Part shown: positions 28,124 through 37,743 of the stretch, one piece after another
Layout: each line of letters opens with the position of its first letter
Position numbering within the stretch: the first letter of the stretch is position 1
Origin: Syntrophaceae bacterium
Lineage (GTDB): Bacteria; Desulfobacterota; Syntrophia; Syntrophales; UBA5619
Assembly (NCBI GenBank): GCA_003141195.1
Contig: PLLC01000087.1
Location: 2,875 to 66,874 of the forward strand
DNA: 64,000 bases
Direction of reading: 5' to 3'
The notes under the pieces: generated by a model
Databases searched by the model: none
What the model saw: the letters and a program-made list of their open reading frames with translations, nothing else
What the model was told of the DNA's origin: nothing
Program-made: the position numbers and the translations under genes

Positions 28124-29329
28124 TTGGGCGATGAAGTGAAAAGAAGAGCTTACCGGGGACTCTTTGTCATCAACTTCATGATTTCCCTCGGATTCGGAAT
28201 CGTTGACCCTTTCTTCCCGGTCTACGCTGTCAGCGCCGGTGCAACCGCGCTTCATATCGCTCTGATTTTTTCATCATACGCAGTCGCCAAGATGCTCATG
28301 TCGCCGCTCATCGGATGGTGGTCGGACCATCGGGGGCGCCGCGAACTCCTCATCGCCGGCCTTTGCACCTGCCTGGCGGTATCTCTGTGCTATCTCCTCA
28401 TGCCGGGACCACTGCCCTTGATTACCCTCAGGATGATCCAGGGGATTGGCGCTGCCCTGGTCCGGCCGATCGCTCTTGCATTCATCGGCGATATAGCGCC
28501 GGCAAGAAGAGAGGCCCAGACCATGGGGACCTTCGATATCTCCTATTTCAGTGCACAGGCCATAGGTCCCATGATCGGGGGGATGATAAAAGATTTTGCC
28601 GGTTTCCCGGGTGTTTTCTGGAGTCTCGCTGTTCTCTGTTTGCTTTCGCTGCTTTCGGCCTTACTTTTTGTAAGGATTTTTCCCGCCAACCGGCCGGACA
28701 ATGTGGCCCGGACGCGACTTCATCTGAGTGGACTTAGAATGGGCAGGACACTGATCGGCCTGTCGGGTTTCATCCTCACGCGCTCTTTCTCCATTGCACT
28801 TTTTGCTGTTTTTATTCCGATCTTCATGTATGACAGCCTGAAACTGACGGGTCTTGAGATGGGCATCATCATGGGTGCCGGCACGGTTGTCACCGCGCTC
28901 CTTCTGAGACCCATGGGCAGCTTGTCCGATAAGCTGAACCGTCGTTGGATGGTGATCTTCGGCGGCTGTATGACGGCTCTCCTCACCTTTTGCCTTCCCC
29001 TGGCTCAGAGTTTCGGTCACCTTCTGGCCTTGAGCGTCGCCATAGGCATGTTTAGAGTGGTTTCATTGCCTGCAAGCCAAGCCCTCCTTGTCCAGGAAGG
29101 GAATCTATATGGGATGGGGCTTTCCATGGGCGTCTTTAACGGTGCCCTGAACTTTGGCACGGTTCTGGCTCCTTTGGCGGGTGGACTTGCGTTGGGATTC
29201 TTCGGAATCAAGACAATTTTCTATGGAGCCGCCTTCCTGGGGCTGATCGGGATCGTTTTCTTCTGCTTTTGCACGTGGCCGGTCGCGAACCCGAGAAAAC
29301 TAGGGAAGGAAGTGTCTGCCTGCATTTAA
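28124..29329 (+). CDS. MFS transporter
   Basis: About 12 predicted hydrophobic segments and a WSDHRGRR loop motif. TTG start uncertain. Confidence 0.75.
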   Translation: MGDEVKRRAYRGLFVINFMISLGFGIVDPFFPVYAVSAGATALHIALIFSSYAVAKMLMSPLIGWWSDHRGRRELLIAGLCTCLAVSLCYLLMPGPLPLITLRMIQGIGAALVRPIALAFIGDIAPARREAQTMGTFDISYFSAQAIGPMIGGMIKDFAGFPGVFWSLAVLCLLSLLSALLFVRIFPANRPDNVARTRLHLSGLRMGRTLIGLSGFILTRSFSIALFAVFIPIFMYDSLKLTGLEMGIIMGAGTVVTALLLRPMGSLSDKLNRRWMVIFGGCMTALLTFCLPLAQSFGHLLALSVAIGMFRVVSLPASQALLVQEGNLYGMGLSMGVFNGALNFGTVLAPLAGGLALGFFGIKTIFYGAAFLGLIGIVFFCFCTWPVANPRKLGKEVSACI

Positions 29330-29383
29330 GCGTTGTGTCTCGGCCCTGGTCTCAAGATCAAGGAAAAGAATAATGGGAGGCGT

Positions 29384-29743
29384 ATGAAAATGGTTAGAAA
29401 AAGAAGGATGTCTGCAAAGATATTCGGTTATCTGTTATCGCTGCTTCTCCTCAGCGTGTTTACAGCGCAGCTACTTTTTGCGGCCGACGTATTCAATTCT
29501 GACAAACACATTAAGACAGGGCTCAACTGCGAGAGCTGCCATGGGGCGGCGAAAGTGGCTGCGGGGGCAGAGGTCGGCATGGCCAAGTGTCTGAGTTGTC
29601 ACGGACCGTATGAAAAACTTGCGAAGCGGACGGAAACAATGACCCGTAACCCGCATACAAGTCCGCATTACCTCGACTGCAATGTGTGCCACCATGGACA
29701 CAGCGCTGACAAAAACGATTGCGACCGTTGTCACGGAAAATAA
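29384..29743 (+). CDS. Small periplasmic tetraheme c-type cytochrome (c3/STC-like)
   Basis: Signal peptide plus four CxxCH motifs (CESCH, CLSCH, CNVCH, CDRCH) in 119 aa. GGGAGG RBS before ATG 29384. Confidence 0.85.
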   Translation: MKMVRKRRMSAKIFGYLLSLLLLSVFTAQLLFAADVFNSDKHIKTGLNCESCHGAAKVAAGAEVGMAKCLSCHGPYEKLAKRTETMTRNPHTSPHYLDCNVCHHGHSADKNDCDRCHGK

Positions 29744-29958
29744 GGTTCATCCGGCAAGCAAACATTTTACCCGGAAGTAGGTATCTATGAAGATCAGGCC
29801 GGGGGAGGTTGTCCCAGAAAACGGCGGCATGACCCCTGCAAAGGGTTCATCGAAGGACCGTCATACTGTCCTGCTGATGGCAGGAATCTTGATAGCATTT
29901 TTGTGGCAAAACGTTGGCGGATAAGACTATTCACAAATCAGGAGGCAGTGCTGTGGGC

Positions 29959-32700
29959 ATGAATTGGCGTTTTTTCCCAAGGACACTCAATGTCTTAACC
30001 ACACTTGCCCTTATCCCCTGCATCAGCGTGCTCTTGTGCTGCAATGCGGCCGTAGCTGATAACGGAACTCCGAAACGCCTGACGAACGCGCAACCGGGAG
30101 ACTGCGCTTCGTGCCATGCGGACGGCAAACAAGTCCTCCCGAGTGGGCACATGGCCACGAAGACAATGAACCTTCAACAGTGCCTTATGTGCCACAAGAG
30201 GGACAAAACCCCCATAAAGGATAAGCTGCCTACGAGCCATATGCACATGCTCTCGGAAATTTCATGCCAGAATTGTCACGAGGGAAAAGAGTCATTTTCC
30301 AGGGTGGGCATGAAGGCATGCATTGCGTGTCACAGTATTGATACTCTAGCGAAAACCCCCGCCAAGGACGAGAAGAAAATACCGAACCCGCACAATTCCC
30401 ACTATGGCACCGATGCAGAGTGTTCAGAGTGCCATCGCCAGCATGCCAAGTCAAAATTCCTTTGTGCGGAGTGCCATAATTTTACTAACATAACACCCTC
30501 GCCTATGACCCCACTTGCCTTCAATTCAAAGGTCTCGAGTGAAAAGGTGCCTGCGACAGTGCCTGAGGTTGAAAGTGGGGTATCACAGCCTGCCGCCCCG
30601 GCCCCTGCAGAGCCTCCCGGCACGGTTCTGAAGTGCAGCACGTGTCACTCTGGGTCTCAGTATCAGAAATATTTCTCCCAAACTGCTCACGGCAAGCTGG
30701 GTTGTGCCTCCTGTCATAAGGGCATCAAGGACTTCAACAGACATATGCAGGGGAAGGAAAAGCCCGAAATCGTGTCCTGCCTCACCTGTCATAAGGACAC
30801 CCAGAAGCAGAGCTTCCACGCCACGGTGAAGAAGATTTCGTGCCTCCAGTGCCACACCGATATGCACCCCAAGGAGGCTGCTGGCTCGAAAATAGGCAAG
30901 TCGGCCTCAGCCGCACCTGCAAGTGCTCCTGGAGCGGCCATGGAATGCAGCACGTGTCATTCAGGTCCCAAGTATCAGCAGCATTTTGCCCAGACATCGC
31001 ATAGGGCGCTCACCTGCGCGACCTGTCACCTGGCTATACAAGATTTTACTAGACACATGCAAAAGAAAGAAAAGTCCAAGCTGCTCTCCTGCGCAGTCTG
31101 TCATAGGAACATCGAGAAACAATACGGAAAAAGCTATCATGCCCTTGAGGCGAAGATCTCATGTCTTCAGTGCCACACCGATATCCATCCCGAAAAGGCC
31201 CTGCCCGCGAAAAAAGGGAAGTCGGAGTCCGTACAGACCTGTCTGAGATGCCACAGCGACGAGAATAAGTACTTGAAAAAAGGGCACACAGCAAAGGCCT
31301 TGGCAGGCAATGCCGATGCAGCCGTGTGCAGCGACTGCCACGGTATTCACGGCACACCAGTGTTCGCTGCGACGGACAGGGGGATTGCAGACAAGAGGAT
31401 TTACTACACTCAACTATGTATCCAGTGCCACCGGGAGGGGGGAGTAGCGGGGCAATACAGGGTTTTCCCCATGGCAGTGGGCACATATGGAGAGACATAT
31501 CATGGAAAGGTGATGAAGCTTGGGTACCCTGATCAGGTAGCCGGCTGCGCGGACTGCCACAGCGCCCACAACATTCTGCCTGCGGGCGATTCCGCGTCGG
31601 CCCTGAACCCCGGCCAGCTGGTGAAGACCTGTGGGAAGTGCCACCAAGGCTTCCACCCGCGTTTCGTCTCCTACGTGCCGCACCCTAACCCAGATAACCC
31701 GAAAGGGTTCTTCGGATTGTACCTGGCCAAGAAGTTTATGATCGCGCTTCTGGCCGCGGTATTCGGTTTCTTCTGGATCCACATCCTGCTCTGGTGGCGC
31801 AAGGCCTATGCGGAAAAGAGCTGCCTCGTCAAGGGAGGCCTCGAGTTCAGAGCAGAGCTTCCTGAAGAGGAAGGCCGTCAGTATGTCAAGAGGTTCTCCG
31901 TGCGTGACAGGGGCATGCACGTGGTTCTCATCCTCTCCTTCTTCGGCCTGGTCGTTTCGGGATTCCCGCTGAAATACCCCGATATCTCCTGGGCCAGGGC
32001 ATTCATAACCTTGTTCGGGGGTGTCGAGAACGCGGGCATCATTCACCGCACCAGCGCAGTGGTCATGTGGCTGCTGTTCCTGTACACTGGCTGGCTCTCA
32101 CTCAAGTTCCTGTTTCCGGGCTTCAGGTTCAAGGGATGGGTGGACCGGCTCTTCGGACCTGACTCGCTGTTCCCGCGGATCAAGGACTTCCAGGACTGCT
32201 GGGGCATGTTCAAGTGGTTTTTCAACGCAGGAGAGAGGCCGCATTTCGACCGTTGGACCTACTGGGAGAAATTCGATTTCATGGCAGTCTTCTGGGGCAT
32301 GTTCATCATCGGGATCTCGGGAGTCATCATGTCGATACCCGAGTGGTCATCGCATGTCATGCCCGGCTGGATGATCAACATCCTCTACTTGGCCCATTCC
32401 GAGGAGGCATTCCTGGCAGCGGTATTCATCTTCACGATCCATTTCTTCAACAACCATCTGGTCCCGGACAAGTTCCCCTTGGAAAGGAACATCTTCACGG
32501 GAAGCTACACCGTGGAAGCGCTCAAGAGGGAACGTCCGCTGGAGTACGAGCGCATCCTTGAGGAAAACAGGCTTGAGGAGATCAAATGCAAAGGCCCGGG
32601 CGCCGGGATACAGCTCTTTGCCGGGGTGTTCGGAATTGCCAGCGTACTGCTCGGCCTCGCCCTGACTGCTCTTATATTCTGGGCAATGTTCATGATATGA
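29959..32700 (+). CDS. 19-heme c-type cytochrome fused to a C-terminal FdnI/HydC-like cytochrome b membrane domain (CbcL-type architecture)
   Basis: 19 CxxCH motifs counted in the first ~580 residues. These are followed by multiple TM helices with conserved His ([45 protein letters not shown]). Start is ATG 29959 or GTG 29953 after AGGAGG at 29940. Confidence 0.85.
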   Translation: MNWRFFPRTLNVLTTLALIPCISVLLCCNAAVADNGTPKRLTNAQPGDCASCHADGKQVLPSGHMATKTMNLQQCLMCHKRDKTPIKDKLPTSHMHMLSEISCQNCHEGKESFSRVGMKACIACHSIDTLAKTPAKDEKKIPNPHNSHYGTDAECSECHRQHAKSKFLCAECHNFTNITPSPMTPLAFNSKVSSEKVPATVPEVESGVSQPAAPAPAEPPGTVLKCSTCHSGSQYQKYFSQTAHGKLGCASCHKGIKDFNRHMQGKEKPEIVSCLTCHKDTQKQSFHATVKKISCLQCHTDMHPKEAAGSKIGKSASAAPASAPGAAMECSTCHSGPKYQQHFAQTSHRALTCATCHLAIQDFTRHMQKKEKSKLLSCAVCHRNIEKQYGKSYHALEAKISCLQCHTDIHPEKALPAKKGKSESVQTCLRCHSDENKYLKKGHTAKALAGNADAAVCSDCHGIHGTPVFAATDRGIADKRIYYTQLCIQCHREGGVAGQYRVFPMAVGTYGETYHGKVMKLGYPDQVAGCADCHSAHNILPAGDSASALNPGQLVKTCGKCHQGFHPRFVSYVPHPNPDNPKGFFGLYLAKKFMIALLAAVFGFFWIHILLWWRKAYAEKSCLVKGGLEFRAELPEEEGRQYVKRFSVRDRGMHVVLILSFFGLVVSGFPLKYPDISWARAFITLFGGVENAGIIHRTSAVVMWLLFLYTGWLSLKFLFPGFRFKGWVDRLFGPDSLFPRIKDFQDCWGMFKWFFNAGERPHFDRWTYWEKFDFMAVFWGMFIIGISGVIMSIPEWSSHVMPGWMINILYLAHSEEAFLAAVFIFTIHFFNNHLVPDKFPLERNIFTGSYTVEALKRERPLEYERILEENRLEEIKCKGPGAGIQLFAGVFGIASVLLGLALTALIFWAMFMI

Positions 32701-32790
32701 TAAGCCTTCTTGTTGAGTATAATATTCCCCAAAAACTGGAAAGGGCAATACGGTGCGTTTCAGTCTGCTAGAGACTACGATATACTGACT

Positions 32791-33150
32791 TCAAATGGCA
32801 ATCATCACTTCTATTCCATCCTTGTGGGCCAGTTCCTTGTCCATCTGCGCATCGTCGCCCTGGTGACAGGCGGTGCATCCCTTCGCGAAAGGCTCGTCCT
32901 CCCCGATCAGTTTCCTGTCGACGAGGAAACCGCGGTGGTACGTTTCCGCCGAAACCGGCGGAGGCGCCCCCGCTCACCCCTCCGCCTCGCCGGTCGGAAT
33001 CTCCGGCACCTTGCAGAGTTTTTTCAGCGCGGCTTCATCGGTATAGCAGGTGACGCAGGAGCTCTCGTTCTTGGCCGTGGTCGACGTGACAAGGACTAAC
33101 AGGACGATCAGGGAAAAGAGAATGGCACCCGTAACGACTCGACCCCTCAC
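32791..33150 (-). pseudogene. Degraded c-type cytochrome N-terminal fragment with an in-frame TGA
   Basis: GTG 33150 with an AAGGAG RBS, then a signal/TM segment, CVTCY, TGA at 32974..32976, then the same frame continues through ..KGCTACHQG.. to a stop at 32791. Confidence 0.45.
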
Positions 33151-33447
33151 TTGTTTCTCCTTCGGTAACGCTTTGATGTTTTTCCCCTGATACCCTAAAA
33201 GTAGTGGCTGTCAAAGTTATTTCATGACCCGGGGACTGTGCATGGCGGATCGTCGCCCGACCTTTTTCCGACAGGCTCCTGCTTGGCAGCGGCCCGTTTT
33301 TGTGTTAAAGACCTTCCCTACAGATACCCGCTCTCGATCTCCCCAGACGGCACCGGACGCCTTCCTTCCGAACCCGAAGGGTGGGGGCCGTCTCCTTTCA
33401 CGGGGAAAGAGGGACCGACAGGGATTTCCGGACAGCGCAAGGAGAGG

Positions 33448-34839
33448 ATGGGCATGGCCAGTAAATACACCGGTTTGAGGGAATTTCTGACCTCCATACG
33501 GCTGGCGGTTGCCCTGTTGAGCCTGATCGCCCTGGGGGCCGTGCTGGGAACGGTCATTCCTCAACAGGTGGAAGGAGAGACCTTTGCGGCCCGTCTCCAC
33601 CCCGCCCTGCTGGCCCTTTTCAAAGCGTTGCAGCTTTTCGACGTCTACCATTCCACCTGGTTTGTCCTGCTGCTCCTCCTGCTGCCCGTCAACCTGATCG
33701 CCTGTTCCCTGGACCGCTTTCCCGCGGCCTGGCGGCAGTTTCGCGGCGGCGCCGCGCCGGATGGAACGGAGCGCCTCGCGGATCTCCCCCCGGAACGGAT
33801 CGTCGCGGCGGACAGGCCCCCTGCGGAGGAGGCCTCCCGCCTGGAGGCCCTCCTCCGGAAACGCTGCGGGCGGGTCCAAAAGGTGGAGACGCCCCAGGGG
33901 TTCGTCCTCGCCGGCGGGAAGGGCGCCTTCTCCCGTTTCGGGGTCTTTGTCGTCCACCTGGGCGTCCTGCTGCTGATCGCGGGGGGGCTCGCCGGCGCCA
34001 TCTTCGGCGTCCGGGGTTACGTGGAAATCGCGGAGGGGGATACCGCAAACACGATGCAGTTCAGGGGCGGAAAGGGGGCAGAGACCCTTCCCTTCGCCAT
34101 CCGCTGCGACCACTTCACCGTGGAGTACTATGAGAACGGCGCCCCGAAGGTGTTCCGTTCCGATCTGACCTTTATCCAGGATGGGAAAACCGTCCGGCAG
34201 GGGGCGCTCCTCGTCAACCACCCGATCGCCTTCGGCGGCCTGCGTTTCTATCAGGCGAGCTACGGCCTCCTCCCCGGCGGCCGTCTAAATCTGTCCTATG
34301 TTAGAGGGGATGGAAAGGCCAACGAGCGGGATGTGGCCGTCGGCGACCGTTTCGCCCTTCCCGGAGGGGAGGGAGAGGTGGAGGTCCTCCGCGCCGAGAA
34401 CGACCTTATGCGGATGGGACCGGCCGTGAAGCTCTCCGTCACATCAACACGAGGGAATGTCCAGGTCTGGGTCTTCCAGAACATCGAGCGGATTAAGGAG
34501 GCGAATCCGGGGGTGCTCGCGCAGGTCCCTCTGATGAACCCCGGTCTTTTTGCCCCTTACCTCTTTTCCATGCAGAAAAAGGGAGAGGGGTTCTACACGG
34601 TGCTTCAGGCGGCCCGTGATCCGGGCGTCCCCCTCGTCGCCGGAGGCGCGTCCCTGCTCATCGTCGGTCTCATGATCACCTTCTTTTTCTCCCACCGCCG
34701 GTTCCGGATCGTCCTGGAGGAGGAGAAGGGGAAAAGCCGGATCGGCCTTACCGGATCGAGCAACCGGGACCCGGTCGGTCTGGAAAACGAGATGAATCAA
34801 CTGCTCGCGGAGATCGGAAAGGCGGAGGGGCATTCATGA
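33448..34839 (+). CDS. resB: Cytochrome c biogenesis protein ResB/Ccs1 (System II)
   Basis: N-terminal TM pattern, FDVYHSTWF, and a large periplasmic domain. Start is ATG 33448 or 33454. Confidence 0.85.
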   Translation: MGMASKYTGLREFLTSIRLAVALLSLIALGAVLGTVIPQQVEGETFAARLHPALLALFKALQLFDVYHSTWFVLLLLLLPVNLIACSLDRFPAAWRQFRGGAAPDGTERLADLPPERIVAADRPPAEEASRLEALLRKRCGRVQKVETPQGFVLAGGKGAFSRFGVFVVHLGVLLLIAGGLAGAIFGVRGYVEIAEGDTANTMQFRGGKGAETLPFAIRCDHFTVEYYENGAPKVFRSDLTFIQDGKTVRQGALLVNHPIAFGGLRFYQASYGLLPGGRLNLSYVRGDGKANERDVAVGDRFALPGGEGEVEVLRAENDLMRMGPAVKLSVTSTRGNVQVWVFQNIERIKEANPGVLAQVPLMNPGLFAPYLFSMQKKGEGFYTVLQAARDPGVPLVAGGASLLIVGLMITFFFSHRRFRIVLEEEKGKSRIGLTGSSNRDPVGLENEMNQLLAEIGKAEGHS

Positions 34840-35678
34840 GCGATTCGGCGATTCTGAGCGGAGTGACCTTTGTCTACCTGCTCTCATTTCTTTTATACCT
34901 CGTCCGGATGGTCCGGGGGAAGGAGTTCTGGGGAAGCGCGGCCTCCTGGATCGCCCGGATCGGTTTCCTGCTGCACAGCGCGGCCCTCCTGCTGCGCTGG
35001 AAAAGCTCCTACGATCTGGGGATCGGCCATGCGCCGCTCGCGAACTTCTATGAGTCGCTCATCTTCTTCGCCTGGGCGGTCCTGCTTCTCTACCTCATCA
35101 TCGAATGGAAAACGTGCAGCCGCAGCCTCGGCGTCTTCGTGATCCCCGTCGCCTTTCTCCTTCTGGCCTTCGCCTCGATCTCCCCGGGCGTCAACGACCG
35201 GATCCAGCCCCTCATCCCGGCCCTGCAGAGCAACTGGCTCACCGTCCATGTCCTCACCTGCTTTCTGGGCTACGCCTCCTTCGCGATGGCCTTCGCCCTG
35301 GGAATCATGTATCTGCTCAAAGGGAAAGGTCAAGACGGCGGGAAGGAGGCGGGTGCGTTTTTCCGCCTGATCCCGGCCGCCAATGCGATCGAGGAACTCC
35401 TCTATCAGAGCGTAGTGCTCGGTTTTGTGTTGCTGAGCCTCGGGATCATGACGGGGTCCGTCTGGGCTCAATATGCCTGGGGTTCTTACTGGAGCTGGGA
35501 TCCGAAGGAGACCTGGTCGCTCATCACCTGGATCGTCTACGCGGTGATGCTCCACGCCCGTTCCGTCCGGGGCTGGCGGGGGAAGCGGATGGCCGTCATG
35601 GCTCTTGTCGGCTTCGCCTCCGTCCTGTTCACCTACCTCGGGGTGAACTACCTCGACAGCCTCCACAGCTATTTCTGA
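34836..35678 (+). CDS. ccsA: Cytochrome c biogenesis protein CcsA/ResC (heme handling)
   Basis: WAQYAWGSYWSWDPKETWSL W-rich heme-binding motif. 4-nt overlap with resB. Confidence 0.9.
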   Translation: MSDSAILSGVTFVYLLSFLLYLVRMVRGKEFWGSAASWIARIGFLLHSAALLLRWKSSYDLGIGHAPLANFYESLIFFAWAVLLLYLIIEWKTCSRSLGVFVIPVAFLLLAFASISPGVNDRIQPLIPALQSNWLTVHVLTCFLGYASFAMAFALGIMYLLKGKGQDGGKEAGAFFRLIPAANAIEELLYQSVVLGFVLLSLGIMTGSVWAQYAWGSYWSWDPKETWSLITWIVYAVMLHARSVRGWRGKRMAVMALVGFASVLFTYLGVNYLDSLHSYF

Positions 35679-35679
35679 C

Positions 35680-35822
35680 GGCTTCGTAAAAAGTCCGGAT
35701 GCTGCGTTGCGCTTCATCCTTCCCCTGCTTTCGCAGGGGAAGGCTTATTGAGGCGTACGCAAGAGTACGCCTCATTCCTCAGGATTCGCGCGCCTTGCCT
35801 GCGGACTTTTTACGAGGGTGTC
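35680..35822. repeat. MITE-like element, copy 1 (terminal inverted repeats TCGTAAAAAGTCCG / CGGACTTTTTACGA)
   Basis: TIR cores at 35685..35697 and 35802..35814. Flanked by the 9-bp direct repeat ATTTCTGAC (35671..35679, 35823..35831), which includes the ccsA stop codon. Confidence 0.55.
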
Positions 35823-35936
35823 ATTTCTGACCGATGGAAAAACCAGGCGGAGGTGGAAAAGTTACGATGACGCCCTGGTGGAATTATAACATATACCTGA
35901 ATCAGTGGCATTCAATGTGCTTGCCACATAAAATGG

Positions 35937-36095
35937 TTAAAAACGGACACCCGACCCGGCCGCCTTCATTTGAAGACGGCAAGCATCACGCATCATCAGT
36001 TCCATACGTTCCATCAGGGCGCCGATCAAGGCCAGTACCGAATGGCTGGTCAAATGTTCGTCACCCTCTTTGATGATAAATTCTTCAGGTCGCAT
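35937..36095 (-). CDS. Small ORF (52 aa), function unknown
   Basis: Strong GGGAGGTG RBS 5 nt before ATG 36095. MRPEEFIIKEGDE resembles a piece of a cNMP-binding fold but is far too short, so it is possibly a remnant. Confidence 0.25.
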   Translation of the reverse strand: MRPEEFIIKEGDEHLTSHSVLALIGALMERMELMMRDACRLQMKAAGSGVRF

Positions 36096-36141
36096 TTTCA
36101 CCTCCCAGGTGTTGCTTCTGAGGCAGGCGAACAACATTCCC

Positions 36142-36170
36142 TTGACAAAAGAAAATCTATATCGCATAAT
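36142..36170 (+). promoter_or_regulatory. Sigma-70-type promoter for the thiamine operon
   Basis: TTGACA (36142..36147), a 17-nt spacer, then CATAAT (36165..36170), directly upstream of the riboswitch. Confidence 0.5.
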
Positions 36171-36173
36171 TTC

Positions 36174-36272
36174 GCTGCTCGTTAGGGGTGTCCTTAAGGG
36201 ACTGAGATGCCGGATTTCCGGTGACCCTTTACCGACCTGATCAGGGTAATGCCTGCGTAGGGAAATGAGCCG
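36174..36272 (+). promoter_or_regulatory. TPP (THI-box) riboswitch
   Basis: GGGGTG...CTGAGA...ACCCTTTACCGACCTGATCAGGGTAATGCCTGCGTAGGGAA matches the conserved TPP aptamer core. Confidence 0.85.
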
Positions 36273-36288
36273 AATGTGCAACGCGCAT

Positions 36289-36328
36289 AAAGGCCGCTTC
36301 CCCAAGGGAGGCGGCCTTTATGCATTTT
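36289..36328 (+). terminator. Riboswitch expression-platform hairpin / intrinsic terminator
   Basis: aaaggccgc..gcggccttt stem (36289..36319) followed by atgcatttt. Confidence 0.55.
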
Positions 36329-36345
36329 GAAAGGAGATGGATGAG

Positions 36346-37638
36346 ATGACACAACTGGATGCGGCCAAAGCGGGGGAAATAACGCCGGAAATGGTTCAGG
36401 CGGCAAAACATGACGGCGTGGAACCGGAGGAAATCCGCCGGAAACTGGCGGCAGGCTCCGTGGTGATTCCGAAAAACAGGTTACGAGCCTTTGAAGTTAG
36501 GGCGATCGGCCTGGGGCTCTCGACCAAAATCAACGCCAACATCGGGACCTCGGCAAGCCATGCCAATCTGCCGGAGGAGATCGAAAAATTGCGTGCGGCC
36601 ATCGAGGCCGGGGCGGACGCCGTCATGGACCTCTCCACGGGAGGCGACATCGATGCCATTCTTGCCGCGATGATCGAACATTCCTCCGTCATGATCGGCA
36701 CGGTGCCCATCTATCGTTCCATCAGCCGCCTGTTCGCCGGCGGCCTCACTTGCGGCGACCTGACCGAGGACGCCATCTTTGCGGACATCGAACACGAGGC
36801 CCGGATGGGCGTCGATTTCATGACCCTCCACTGCGGCATCACGACCCGAACCCTGGCCGTCCTCGAGAAGGGCGACCGCATCATGGGGATGGTCTCCCGC
36901 GGCGGGAGCCTGATGGCGGAATGGATGAAGCTGCACGGGCGCGAAAATCCGCTCTACGAACATTTCGACCGTCTGCTGGAGATCGCCCGTCAATACGATG
37001 TCACCCTCTCCCTGGGCGACGGGTTGCGGCCGGGAACCATCTGCGATGCGGAAGACCGCGCGCAGCTCGCCGAACTGATCGTTCTTGGGGAACTGGTGGA
37101 CCGGTCCCGGAAGGCGGGGGTTCAGGTCATGGTGGAGGGACCGGGCCATGTTCCGCTGAACCGCATCGCCGCGGACATGAGGCTTCAGAAGCGCCTCTGC
37201 AACAACGCGCCCTATTACGTGCTGGGACCGCTGCCCACGGATATCGCCCCGGGCTATGACCACATCGTCGGAGCGATCGGCGGAGCGATCGCGGCCGGCG
37301 CCGGCGCCGATTTTCTCTGCTATGTGACGCCGGCCGAACATCTGGGGCTTCCCACCGTCCCGGATGTCTACGAGGGGGTGATCGCATCGCGCATCGCGGC
37401 GCACATCGGAGACCTGGAGAAGGGGGTCGCCGGCGCGTGGAAGAGGAACGAAAACATGTCTCGGGCCAGGAGACGCTTCGACTGGGAGGCGATGTTCCAA
37501 CTGGCCCTCGATCCGGCGAAGGCGCGAAGGGTCAGATGCCTTACCGAGGACAAGGACCGGGATGTCTGCACCATGTGTGGGGAGCTCTGCGCCATCAAGA
37601 CGTACAACCGATTCTTGGACGGCAATCCTGTCGGTTGA
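36346..37638 (+). CDS. thiC: Phosphomethylpyrimidine synthase ThiC (radical SAM)
   Basis: MTQLDAAKAGEITPEM N-terminus and a C-terminal CTMCGELCAIK cluster motif. ATG 36346 is preferred over 36337 because of RBS spacing. Confidence 0.9.
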   Translation: MTQLDAAKAGEITPEMVQAAKHDGVEPEEIRRKLAAGSVVIPKNRLRAFEVRAIGLGLSTKINANIGTSASHANLPEEIEKLRAAIEAGADAVMDLSTGGDIDAILAAMIEHSSVMIGTVPIYRSISRLFAGGLTCGDLTEDAIFADIEHEARMGVDFMTLHCGITTRTLAVLEKGDRIMGMVSRGGSLMAEWMKLHGRENPLYEHFDRLLEIARQYDVTLSLGDGLRPGTICDAEDRAQLAELIVLGELVDRSRKAGVQVMVEGPGHVPLNRIAADMRLQKRLCNNAPYYVLGPLPTDIAPGYDHIVGAIGGAIAAGAGADFLCYVTPAEHLGLPTVPDVYEGVIASRIAAHIGDLEKGVAGAWKRNENMSRARRRFDWEAMFQLALDPAKARRVRCLTEDKDRDVCTMCGELCAIKTYNRFLDGNPVG

Positions 37639-37743
37639 ATGAAGACCGTCACGGGCCGCTTCGTCAGCAAAAGGAAGATGTGCCCGGGTGTGATTGCACG
37701 GGAAGACCCGGCTCGGCGCACGGGGCGGCGGACAGGAGGTCTG

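Noticed and set aside
29787-29924. 45-codon ORF with one hydrophobic helix between the two cytochrome genes
   Set aside because: It has no convincing RBS and overlaps the upstream region and possible TTG start of the large cytochrome. It cannot be supported without conservation or expression data.
33217-34221. 334-aa minus-strand ORF. Similar long antisense ORFs occur at 36481..37500, 37792..38676, 39235..40398, 50460..51635 and 51720..52475.
   Set aside because: All lie opposite confidently assigned genes (resB, thiC, ubiA-like, MFS, anSME-like, DLH). All translate to Arg/Gly/Pro/His-rich low-complexity sequence.
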